Of a stretch of DNA of 64,000 nucleotides, positions 25,601 through 37,921 are shown piece by piece (position 1 is the stretch's first letter; every line of letters starts with the position of its first letter). Position numbers and translations under genes: made by a program. The notes beneath the pieces were generated by a model. The model was not told where the DNA came from. It worked only from the letters and a program-made list of their open reading frames with translations, and searched no databases. Location of the stretch: the NCBI GenBank assembly GCA_026770705.1, contig JANJGN010000026.1, positions 682,001-746,000 on the forward strand, given 5' to 3'. Source of the stretch: Isurus oxyrinchus (taxonomy: Eukaryota).

Positions 25601-27074
25601 CAGATGGACCACGTTAGGTGTGCTAGGAATCAAGCAATGATTCACAAGCATCGGCACATTTGTTTCTGTAAATTGTATAATTATTCTGGGGTATTTAAAA
25701 TAAGATAACAAATAATTCACTTTTCATTTATACGATCAAGAAGACACATGACAAGTGAGATTTTCTGTACTTAGGGTTCTGAATGTTGATGGCGGGGGGT
25801 AATTACCAAGACCTAGAAAGATCTTTATCTTTCATGATAGTTATCGATAATATTGTTGTTATTGTTGCAGTTGTTGTGTACTCCGGACTTTTCAGTTGAA
25901 TTGCACAGCATCTTTCTCATTTCGTTACTCACTAGTTTTAATGTTATGCTTTTTTTCACTGCAGGTGGTATAGCAGCTGCTTGACCAGAGGGCACTTCAG
26001 CTTTATATTCAAAGCTTGTTGGCGAAGTTCTCTTGGGGACAGATTGTGTTACTCTATCAGCGTTAGCAGATGCTCCATTAGACCACTTCACCTTGTGGTT
26101 GCTGCACAGCCTCAGCCAATCCATGGCAACTCTGCTTAATTTAGCTCTATTAGCTCATTATTTAACGCTACCTTTCTTAAACAGCAGCGCTAAATCGAAT
26201 TGTGCATCATTACAACAACCCTGTATGTTCGGCAAATCCCACAGAATCAATTAAAATAAATTGAGAAGAAAACATTGAATGCCGCTATGTGTAAGTACTA
26301 CTTTTGAAATAGTAGGTTTGTTTCTTGTCTCAGTCATTTGTTAATTATTTCATGACAATTTGAATTGGAAAATTAACAAGAAAAAGGCCCTTACCACTTC
26401 AGTGAGCTCGCAGACAACCCACCAGGCTTGTCGAACCTGCCCTTGTCCTAGGATGAGTTAAGACTGGCCGACAGTTAAAGAAGGGGCAGGCATTCCCTAT
26501 AGGAAATGAAAACACACACGTGAATAATCCCAAACATACATCCTTGAAACAAGATCTGCAGCAATAGTAAGCATTCATCTGGTCACCGCCTATATTAATA
26601 ATCCTATTTTGTTAAGGAAATACTTTCTCTACTGGCATTTGTTCCAGAGTTGTTAATGGGCCATATCTGAATGTGGAAATTATTTAATTAGTGCTGCGTA
26701 ACTGAGCAAATTTTCAAAAGGTTTTGTACATATCTCAAATAAAGCCCCCAGAGGATACAGCGTTGCATCTTCGCTTACTAGCGTCATGTGAATAACATAG
26801 ACATTGTTTTCTGGCATAGTGGCACGGGTTTACATCCTTGTAGAGACCCAATGGAAACTGAAAGCGGACCTGACTGCTTGTTAGCTACACAGGTACCTGA
26901 AACATATGTTTAAAAACAAAACCCTTGTTTCAACACATGCTTGTGAATTCCTCTGGAGGCTTGTTGCTCTGAGATCCCTGATGCCTCCAAATCAATTCCT
27001 CTGAAGATCTATTTCTGGCCAAATTTTAACATGTTTGACGAAAATCCGATAAGGGTACAAGAAGGGAGAACCTA

Positions 27075-28500
27075 TATCACAGAATCACAAAATCATAATG
27101 GCACAGAAGGAGACCATTCGGCCATCGTGTCTGCACCAGATCCCCAAATGAGCATAATGAACTAGTGTCCTTGTCCTGCATTTTCCCCGTACCCCTGTGC
27201 ATTGTTTCTATTCAAATAAATATCCAATGCCCTCTTCAACCTCCATTGAATCTGCTTCCTCCATACTTCTAGGCAGTGCCTTCCAGACCCGAACTACTGT
27301 TTTGTTAAAGCATTGTCTCTCACGGCACATTTGCTTCCTTTGCACATCACGTTAAGTCTGTGTCCTCACGTTCATTATCCTTTAACGACAGGCAATAGCT
27401 TCTCCTTATCTAATCTATTCAGGTTCCTCGTGATTTTGAACATCTCTATCAAATCCCCCCTTAGCCTTCATCTCTCCAACTTCTTCAATCTATCCACATA
27501 ACTGAAGATTCTCATCCGTGGAACTATTCTTGTAAACCTCTTCTGCACTCTCTCCAATGTGTTTACATCCTTCCTATAATGTTGCGCCCAGAACTGTACA
27601 CAGTACCCCAGCTGAAGCCTAGTGAGTGTCGTATATAAAATCAGCTAACCTCCGTGCTCTTGTACATTATGCCCCTATTAACAATGTCCAGTATATTATC
27701 TGCTGTGTTAACTGCTCTCTCCACCTGTCCTGCCACATTCAATTATCTATGCACATCAACACCACAGGTCTTTCTACTCTTGCACCCTCTTTAGAATTTT
27801 ATCCCTTATTTTATACTGTCTGTACATGTTCATCCTATAAAATAGAACACTCACACTTCGCCGCATTGAACTTCATCACCTACCTCCCCAGTCCACCAAC
27901 TTGGCTATGTCCACTGTGCTCCTTGCTGTTTACAACAATCCTAAGCTGAGTATCATCCGCAAGCGTTCAAATTCTCCCCTGCACACCAAGATTTAGATCA
28001 TTAACAAATATCAGGACAAGCAATAGTCTCAATGCCGACCTCTGGGGAACTCCACTGCAAATCTCCATCAAGCCGGCAAAATATCCATTGACCAGGAGTT
28101 TCTGCCTCCTAGTTTTTTGAGATAATATTGCACCGACATTGTTACAGTCCCCTTCATTCCATGAGCAATAACATTTCTCAAAAGTCTGTTGTTTGGCACT
28201 GTATCAAATGCCTTTTGAAATTCCATGTGCACCATGTAAACCCTCATTGACATTTTGTGTTGCCTCTTCAAATAACTCCAGCAAGTTCGTTAAACACGAT
28301 TTCTCCCTGAGAAATCCATGCTGTTTCTTGCTTAGCAACCATTATTTTTGCATGTGACTGCTAATTCTATCCATAATATTTTTTTTCTAGAATCTTGCCC
28401 ACCACTGAAGTTAAGCTGACTGGTATTTAATTACTGAGCTTATTCTTACAACCTTATTTGAACCAGGGTGTAATGCTTCCAATTCCACAGCACTTTCCAT
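27075..28500 (-). mobile_element. CR1-type LINE fragment (paralogous copy at ~46035-47500)
   Basis: Minus-strand EFQKAFDTVP. The paralog encodes PDNYRPVSLTS...SQHGFLRGKSCL.NLLE.FE. Confidence 0.85.
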
Positions 28501-29449
28501 AAAACATCGTTGCCCAAATCTAGAATTTGAATTCTCTCCATTATAAAATTTCGGATACAAACACTGACATTTGATGTTCTCAACAATTACGAGGTAAATT
28601 GAGTGACAATTATAATATATACGGGTAGGGCTTTATTGGCATTCAGTTAGATCATGGCTGATGAGCACCTTAACTTCGTTGTTCCGCATTGGCTCAAGAT
28701 CCTTTCTGACTTTATCTGTAATGGCAATATTTGCAGCGATTTGTCTAAATGAAATGTTAGAAACAATGGGAACTTATGCTCATTGCTAGTCATGTGGAGA
28801 TTGCATGTTCTCAACAATACAGTTAATATTCACTTTTGTTTTAAATTTTGCTACAGTGTTATTATTTAGTCACCATTTTATGCTCTGTACACGCAAAGCC
28901 TTAGAATATAATAAAATGAACTGTGTGATACCGAAGCTCACCGCTGTTTTTTTTTTTAAATGAGTGTCCCGCAATTATTTCTAACGTTTGTTTTGCTTAT
29001 ACACTTTGTTCAAGTTTTCGTTTGCTCCAATAATTAGGCTAATGAAACTCACCCGTAAATATCATTAATTATAAAACATCAACAATAGAAATAATGAGAG
29101 GTGCAATTCAATTGAACAACGAGCTTTCAATCTCCATTTATTATTGCAGCTTTTTAAATGACTAGAGCAACATGGGCTTGGGTGGATGAAGGGAACTTGA
29201 GAAACAATCTGGATCATTTAGTACATCTAATTATTCAGCAGTATATCAGATATTTAAAAACTGTACACGTATATTCTTAGTTATTGAGTATTAATTACTT
29301 TAATTAACTGAGTTCTGTGGGAACACGGCTTGAGACGAATAGGCCGTTGTACAACAAGGGACGAGAGATTAGTCCCGAACTTGGAGCAGATAGGAATCAT
29401 TGATTTATGCATGGCAAGTTGGCGACTCTGGTTATGCCAGTTATTATTG

Positions 29450-31470
29450 ACCACCCAAAATTGCCCTTGAAAGGTGGTGATGTGTAAAAGCATTTATGTC
29501 AGGAAGGCACTGAGAGGGCTTTGGGCTAGCAGCATTGGTGGAACGGCGACATATTTCCAGGTTAGTGTGGCGTGTGGTTTGGAGGGAACTTACAGTTGGT
29601 GATGTTCCATTTCATCTACAGCCTTTGTCCTTCAAGGTGGCAGATTTCACGGGTTTGGATCGTGCTGTCGATGGAGGCTTGGTGAGTTGCTGAAGTTCAT
29701 TTTGTGTGATACATACTGTTCTCATTAACTGTCGCTGAAGGAGGGAATAAATGTGTAAGGTGGTGGATAAGGTGCCATTGAAGAGGGCACCATTTCGCGG
29801 ATGCTGCCGAGTTTCCTGAGTGCTGTTTGAGCTGCTTTCATCTGGGCAAGTGAACGATATTCCATCACACTCCTGACTCGTGCCCTGCAGATCGTGGACA
29901 GCTCTTGGGGGGTAATGAGGTGAGTTTTTCACTGCAGTGTTCCTAGTCTGTGAACTGCTCCTTTCTCCAAATTATTCATCTGGATGGTACAGTTCAGTTT
30001 CTGTCCAATAGTAATCCCCTCAATGTTGTTCCCCAATGATATTGGGGAATTCCGTGATAGTCATGTCATTGATTGTCAAACGGAAATGTTTAGATTCTCT
30101 TATTTTAGGGATGGCCATTACCTAAAAATGGTATTTAACGACTGTTAGTTTCAACTTATCAGCCCAGGTCTAGATGTTATCCTGTTCTTGCTGACCAAAG
30201 TCAAGAGCTGCTTCAGTATCTGTGGTGCAGATTTTCGTGTTGAACCTTGTACAATCATCAGCGAACATCCCCACTTCTGACCTTAAGATGGAAGGAGGGT
30301 TATTCAGGAAGCAGCGGAAGATTTTTGGGCCGAGATCATTACCCTAAGGAACACTTTAAGCAATATCCTGGGACTAAGATGATTGTCCTTCAAAAATCAT
30401 AATAATCTTCTTTTGTGTTAAGTATGACTCTCACCAGTTTCCCATTGACTGCAGTTTTTTTAGGGCTCCTTGATGCCACACTCGGTAAAATGGTGCCTTG
30501 ATGTCAACAGCATTCACTCTCACCTCGACTCTTGAGTTTATTCCTGGTTCATATTTGGATCAAGAATGTAATGGCGTTCAGAGCTGAGTATTGATGATGC
30601 AACCCAAAATGAGCGTCAGTGAGCACCTGTTTATGACACTGTTGAAAACACCTCCCATCAGTTTGTTGATACCCAAGAGTAAACTGATGGTGGGGTAATT
30701 GGCCGGGTTGGATTTTTCCCTTCATTTTGTTCCCGCGCTCAAATTGGGCAACGTTCTGCTTTCCAGGGTATATGCCAGTGGATCATCTTGGTTAGGGGTA
30801 TAGCTAATTCTAGAGGACAAGACTTCAGCACGATTGCTGGAATGTTGTCAGGGCCCCAAACCTTTGCAGTTTTGAGCGCCATCAGCGGTTTCTTCATGAA
30901 GTGGGGTGAATCGAATTGGCTGAAGGCTGGCTCTTCTGATGCTGTTGACATCAGAAACAGGGAGAGGTCAACCATCCACTGGGAATTTCTGGCTGAAGAT
31001 TGTTGCAAATGATTCAGCATTGTCTTTTGTATTGATTTGCTGGGCTCACCCATTATTGGTGATGAGAATATTTACGGATTCTCGTTGTCTTGTTAGTTGT
31101 TGACTTATCCAAGCCCTTTTATGACTAGATGTGGCAGGACTACAGACCTTAAAATGATACGTTTGTTGTGGGATCACTTACATCTTTCTCTCTCGCATGC
31201 TGTTTCTGCTGTTTGGCAATCAAGTATCTTGTGTTCTCACTTCGCCATGTTGTCACCTCAATTTATGGTCTGTCTGATTCTGTCCAATCCATGACATCCT
31301 CCATTCTTCATTCAATCAGAGTGAATCCACTAATTTGATGGTAGTGGTGCAGTGGACTATTTGCCGGGCCTCGAGGTTATAGATTGTGGTGCCTCATGAA
31401 TGTCCAGTTTAAATTGCAAGATGTGCTGTAAACCAATCCCAAATAGCACGGTAGTAAGTGCCATACAAGA
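29450..31470 (-). mobile_element. LINE (CR1/L2 superfamily) ORF2 fragment (paralogous copy at ~48490-50530)
   Basis: KTAKVWGPDNIPAIVLKSC..ELAIPL motif; same family as 35810-37140 and 59188-59950. Confidence 0.8.
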
Positions 31471-32699
31471 GGAATCTCTCTGCTAAGTGTTTTGCAAGAT
31501 AGAATTTAGATTAGCAGTCACTCTCTGATCTGAAACCTAGGCATGCTAGTTAAGAAGCCTAGTTAACAGAAACGCCTATGTCACTTTCAGTTATCAGTCA
31601 GCCAACTGAAAGGTGCTACGTGAATAGATGTTACTTACTCTAGCAGAAAGCTGACTCAGCAGCTGCATCTTGGTTTGAGCCATCTGCTCTCGAGAGAAGT
31701 ATACAGAGTGAGACGACAAAGTGAGGTGACAAGCCTTGCCTGCGACGAGGAACAAATGCCAATTTTGGAATTTGGTGTAAGTGGGAAATCGGTGCAAAGG
31801 GCGAAGGAGGTGTCCGTTTTGTACCATACTAGGACCTTCAGTAGCTGGTAGGTTTTTTTTTTTGCCAAAAAGCTATGGGGCATAGCTTTCTATTAGTTCA
31901 GTTGTATCAATTAGTATCTAATTGAATTTTTAATTAAATAAAATTATTCAGACATGACAGTGATGCTTGCGTGCCGTAACTCAAAAACGTCAGAATCTGT
32001 GGAATGATTGCAATTGCAAAAAAATAAATCTGTGGCAATTGACATCGCCTCTGATCTGTTGAGCAATGTTATGGTTTCTGCAGTACACAGATACCTCAAC
32101 CAAGAAGATTGGAAACACAATTATGTGGGCTCTTTTATTTCAAGGGGTGAAACCACATGCACCAATCTCTGCAGGTCCTGTCTCTCGGACTGCTCATATC
32201 ATCAGCGTGATAATTAATTGAGCATACACATCACAAACTCTCTGATGTGTACAGTAGTTTTAGATACGCTCCTTAAAGGCATTCCACAACAAGCAGCTGC
32301 CAGAGTCCCAGACTTTGCGTAGCGTCAGAGAGGGGGGATTGCTACCCGGACATTGTGTTTCAGGAGGCACTCTCGCCCCTTTAGGTCAGGTAGAAAGTTA
32401 GAGTCTTTCAATGACCAGGGACAGCGGGTTATGAATGTGAAATAGGCAGGGATCAGGATGCTGTGGATACTGATGTTGGGTGCTGAGCCCATGAATTTGC
32501 CCAAGGGACCGAGGTTCTTGTGACCTATTTGAATGATCAGAAAGACTGCAGTTTGCAGAACAAACGGATGATGGCACTAGAATGCAGGATAACATTCAGT
32601 GGGTGTGGGGCTGGTAAGGGGCAGCGGAGTGGGGTAGTGGAAATAAATGTAGTACAAAGTACAGTTAGGTGTAGACGCTGTCATTTGCAGCTTCGGCTT

Positions 32700-33955
32700 G
32701 AAGCTCAGAAGGTTGTGCTTATTCTCTGAGGGAGTAACATGTACTGTCGATGTAGGTAAACTAGTGAATATACTGTACTCAGATTTGCAGAAGGCATTTG
32801 ATAAAGTGCCAGATCAATTATTATTGCGTAAAATAAAGGCTCTCATGGTATAAGGGATAACATATTGGCATGGGTAGAATATTGACTAGCTAACGGGAAG
32901 CAGAGAGGAGGCATAAATGAGCCTTTTCAGCTTGGCAGAATGCAACGAGTGTTGTGCCACAGGGGTCAGTGCTGGGAGTTCACCTGTATATAATTTTATA
33001 AACATGACTTCGATGAAGTGATGGGTGGGAATGTTGGCAAATTTGCTGATGCTACAAAGATAGGTCAGAAACTCAGTTGTGAAGACGACATAACGAGGCT
33101 ACAAAAATACAAATAGGTTAATTGAGTAGGAACAGATCTGGCAAATGTAGTATAATGTGGGAAAATGTGAAATCGTCCATTTTGTCAGGAAGAATAAAAG
33201 AGAGGCACATTATCTAAATGTTGAGAGACTGTAGAACTTTGAGGTGCCGAGTGATCTGAGTGCCTTAGTGCATGAATCACAAAAGGCTAGTATGCAGCAC
33301 ATCAAGGAATTAGAAAAACTAACAGAATGTTATCAATAATTGGGAGGGAATTGATCACAAAAGTGAGGAGGTTATGCTTAAGTTATTCAAGACACTAGTG
33401 ACACCAGACCAGGACTGCTGTACACAGTGTTCATCACGTTTTTTTGAGGAAGGATGTAAATATGTTGGAAGCAGTTCAGAGAAGGCTTACAGGCTAATAC
33501 ATGGAATGGGAGGGTTATCTAATGAGGATATGTTGCAAAGGCTACGCTTGTATCCGCTGAAGTTTAGAAGAATAAGAGGCGAATTGGCTGAAACATAGAA
33601 TGTCCTGAGGGGTCTTGACAGGCTGGACGTGGAGAGGATGTTTCCTCTTGTAGGAGAATCAGTAACCCAAGGTAACTGTTAAGAAATAAGGAGTCACAAA
33701 TTTCAAATGGAGATGAAGCGATTATTATTTTCCTCCAGAGGGTCATGCGACTTTGGCACTCTCTTCTGGAAAAGGCGTTGGAAGAAGAGTATTTGAATAT
33801 TTTAAAGGATCTGGTGGATAGTTGGTTGGTAAGCATGGGGGCAGTTGGGATACAGTTTTGAGGTTACAATCAGATCAGTCATTGTCTTATTGATTGGCGG
33901 CGCAATTTCAAGAGGCCGAATAACCTACTCCTGCTCCTTGTTCTTATGTTCGCAT
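32700..33955 (+). mobile_element. CR1-type LINE RT/3' fragment
   Basis: DLQKAFDKVP, VPQGSVLG and KFADA motifs, plus 3' tail. Its paralog in copy B is truncated at 52279. Confidence 0.88.
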
Positions 33956-35809
33956 GACAGCCAGATCCCAGGGGGAGGGACAGGGCCTCGCGCCTTCAGG
34001 CAAAGGTGGAGTGGTGGCGATGAGGGCTGGGGAAATGGGGAGATCCAGTTACTGCAATAGAATTAGGGATCATATTCTTAAGAGATCAGTTAGCATCGAA
34101 ATTAAAAAGCAGAACATCAAAGCCAATCTGACTGACATGATATTAGCATAGGTACAAACAGAATAGAGAATTCATTTCCTGGCCCAAAGAATTGTGTGTG
34201 AATAAGGGGTCTCAATTCATGGGCTAGCGGCACAAGCACTCATTAAAGACAGGATTGTTCAATTGGCACAGGCTCTGCTGAAACAGGGCTCGTGGCAGTG
34301 TCATGGTGAACTGTATAACTAGGGTTTCTGGTAGATCGTCAAATGTAGGGTGGGAGCAGATCCGTGTGAAGGGAGATATAAAAATGTGAAGATAATGGAA
34401 GGCAATGGAACAAACTAAAAACCAGAAGAGCGCTTCAGGAAGGTGCAAAGAGTTGAAAAGTAATCCTGCATCAGAAAGTGAAAAAATAACTTTCAAGCAA
34501 TAGTAGCCAACATGAAATTAACTTATCCTTATCAGAATGCAGAAAAACAACCACAATAGGATAAGTCGATGAGCTACTGTCACAAATCGAGATAAATGAT
34601 TAACAGCTATCCTTCAATTCAGAAATATAGCTGCACAGTGAACAAGGTTGTGGAATAAATATTCCGGGCTACGCAATATTTCTAAAATGCAAACCGAATT
34701 GCCAAGGGGGACTGATAGTAAATGATGACAAAAGGACCTTAGTGAGCAAGGGCCTTGGATCAGAAGACCATGCAGGGGAAACTGGTTAGGTAAATATTTT
34801 GGACAAAGAGAGTTAGTAAACGCTGGTAGGAGGAACTGAAACATCGAGGAGGAGAAGCTAACAGTTGCACAGAGCATTAAACAAGAAATTATTGGAACGT
34901 GTCACAAAGGCAATTTAATAAAACTGAGGAACGTTAATCCTCATAAACATAGGGCATAACAAAGTGACAAGGGTCGTCAAGAAGATGAGTATTTCTTGGA
35001 ACAATGCTTTGCAGAAAATGAGACAAAGTTAACTTGTAATCTCGTTGTGAAAGAACCGCTGGGAGCTCGTGATCGTAATGCAGTTAACTTCCACGTTACG
35101 CATGAGAGCGACATATTGAACCAAACAGTAATATTCAATTTAAACAAAACCAATTCTTTAGGAATGATGAGAGGGCTGGATAAGTGTGGTTGGGAAATAA
35201 AATTTCAGCTATGGTAGTAAATAAACAGTGGGAACCATTTCAAGGAACAATTCAGATTTTTGGACAAAATTTATTCTATTACAAAACTAAAACCTTAACA
35301 AGAAAAATCACATCCAAGTAGTACTCGGGAAGTTAAGATAGTATCAGATTAAAAAGAAAAACTTAAGATGTTGCAAAGAGTAGGAGGAAGGCTGAGGATT
35401 GAAATTGTACAACAAAGCATGAAACGGTCAGCCGAAAGTTGTTAAAAAGGGGGGAAAGCATTCAATTTCAGAGAAACTAGAGCATAAAAACAGATTGTAA
35501 AAACTTTCACAAGTTAAAAGAATGAAAGTAGCTGAAGTAAACACTAGTGTCAGGGGAAATTGTTATAAGGAATGATGAAATGTCAGAGTTACTGAACAGA
35601 TAGGTTGTGCGCTGCTTCACAATGGAAATCACAAGATGCTCACAAGAAATATTGGTTAACACAAGTGCTTATGAGAATGAAAAAATTAAGGTAATTTATA
35701 TCAACAGAAAAATTACTGAAGAGAAAAAAACGGAAGTCCGACAAGTTCCCAGGGCCTGATGTCTTATAACCTAGGCACCTAAAAGAGACAGTGGATGACC
35801 TGGCATTTA

Positions 35810-37150
35810 ATTTTCATTCACAGGATGTGCGTTTCGCTGGCTGGGGCAGCATTTATTGCCCATTCCTAAATCCCCTTGAACTGGTGAGCAGCTTTATGGA
35901 AACTCTGCAGCCCACAGCTTATGTGCTTGGAAGGTGCAATCGAAGGAGACTTGTTGCATTCCTGCAGTGCATCTAGTAGATGGTGCACACACCTGCTACT
36001 GTGCTGTAGCGGGTAAATGTTCACAGATGTGATGCCAATTAAGTGGGCGGCTTTGCCTGGATGGTCTCCAGCTTCTTGAGTGCTGTGGGAGCTGCACTCA
36101 TGCAGGCAAGTGGAGAGTATCCAATCACACTCTTGATTTGTGCTTTGTAGATTGGTGGACTGATTTTGGGGAGTCAGGAGGTGAGTTTCTCGTCTCAGGA
36201 TTCCTAGCCTGTGGCCTGATCTTGTAGTCAAAGTATTTATATGCCTATTCCAGTTCAATTTCTGGTCAATGTTAACCCCCAGGTAGTTGATACCTGGGGG
36301 ATTCTGCTATGGTAATGCCATTGGTAATGATTGGTGGCTAGATTCTCCCTTGTTGCAGATGGACATAGCCTATCATTTGATTAGCGCGGTTGTATCTTGC
36401 TACTTGTCAGTCCAAGCCAGCTTACTGCCCAGGTCTTGCTACATATGGACACGAACTGCTTCAGCATCAGAGGAGTCACGAATTGTGTATTAACATTGTG
36501 GAATCATCAGCAAACACCCCCACCTCTGACCTTATGATGAATGGAAGGACATTGATGAAGCCGCTGAAGATGGTTGGACTGGGATCACTACCCTGAGCAA
36601 CTCAGTGTTGTAGATTAACTGGAACAGCTTGACTAGTAGCATGGCAAGTTTTGGAGTACGAGTCTTCAGTACTATTGACGGAATATAGTCAGGGACCATC
36701 GCCTTCGTATAATCCAGAGCCTTCAGCCTTTTCTTGAGATCACGTGGAGTGAATCGAATTGTCTGGAGACTGGCATCTGTGATTATAGGGACGTGCAGAC
36801 GAGGCCAAGATGGGTCATCCACTGGGCACCACTGGCTGAAGATTGTAGCAAATGCTCCAGCAGTATCCATTGCACTGATCTGCTGGGCTCCTCCATCATT
36901 GAGGATGGGAATTGTTTGTGCAGCCTCCTCCTGCAATGAGTTGTTTAATTGTCCACCACGATTCACGACTGGATGTGGCAGGACTGCAGTAATTAGATCT
37001 GATCCATTGGTTGCGGTATGGCTTAGCTGTGCCTATCACTTGCTAATTATGCTGTTTGGCACCCAAATAGTCCTGTGTTTTAGCTCCCCCTTGTTGACAC
37101 CTCTTCTTTAGATGTGCCTGGTACTGCTACTGACATACCCTCCTGAATAC
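35810..37150 (-). mobile_element. LINE ORF2 fragment
   Basis: TIPILNDGGAQ...IRFTPRDLKKRLKALDYTKAMVPDYIP and a C-terminal WNRHINT..RSGHRLGILRR. Confidence 0.85.
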
Positions 37151-37607
37151 TTCTCTGACTCCGCCCCCATTTTCCTGATGATCTCTTAGGTTAGCTTAGC
37201 TTCTGAACTGCAAGTGATTCGAGCCTGAGTCCACCCTTCTATTCATAAAGGGGCCGAGTTCGCCTTCTAAATAGATTTTTGATTATTTTGGTGTCATTGG
37301 CTGCTAAAAGTGAAAGAGCAAACTTCAATCACATGTGATTGATCATTTTTCATGGAAAGGTGAAATTGATGCATGCATTATCATTTAAAATAGCTCCTCT
37401 GTCCTAGGTGCCATGTATGACCTCTATTGTCACCCGCAACAAGCATCCCCGTGTTTTCGGAAAATTACTTGAATCGACTTAAGGTCTTTTCATGATCCGT
37501 TACTTTGACTTCCAATGCTGCATTCCCCTGCCAGCTGCCGCCTTTGTGTTATATCTGGTCTATATTCAACCTGATCTCATTCATAACACACAGTTTATTT
37601 ATTCTAG

Positions 37608-37765
37608 ACATTCCCCAAATATAGGAATCTCTGGAAGACCAATTTGAAGAGGAAGACGGATCAGAAAACTTCGACGAGAATGTCGGCACTGCATCAACAG
37701 TAGTTGCTGTCGTCACTTTGTTCATTCTAAGTATGATATACAGCTCGTACGTGACAGTCCTTAAG
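37608..37765 (+). pseudogene. IgNAR: Second IgNAR TM1 exon with premature stop
   Basis: Same 158-nt length and splice sites as 19334-19491, with 21 differences counted. Translates DIPQI*ESLEDQFEEEDGSENFDENVGTASTVVAVVTLFILSMIYSSYVTVLK. TAG at 37622-37624 replaces ATG. Confidence 0.88.
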
Positions 37766-37900
37766 GTAATGATGGCTCACAATAGTACCATGAAACTGTG
37801 TAAATTTACTGAGCAGTTGAGTTTCTTCCCGAGATTTAGCAAAGATACAGATGAAGAACTGAAAATTTCAGTATTTGCATAATTTCAACCTTTCCCACAG

Positions 37901-37921
37901 CGTCAGGTTGAGTTTCAATAG
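37901..37921 (+). pseudogene. IgNAR: Second IgNAR TM2 exon (RQVEFQ*)
   Basis: tttcccacag|CGTCAGGTTGAGTTTCAATAG, paralogous to 19626-19646. Confidence 0.65.

Larger units (their letters stand above)
18883..33226 (+). repeat. Segmental duplication copy A (IgNAR 3' flank including TM exons)
   Basis: Colinear with 37160-52279 from tccgcccccattttcctgatgatctcttagg to ...ctaaatgttgaga. Shares both unique sequence and the same LINE insertions. Confidence 0.93.

Noticed and set aside
37873-37880. Octamer ATTTGCAT as an Ig enhancer (another at 63837-63844)
   Set aside because: Isolated, not conserved in copy A (ATATGCAT), and expected by chance in AT-rich DNA.
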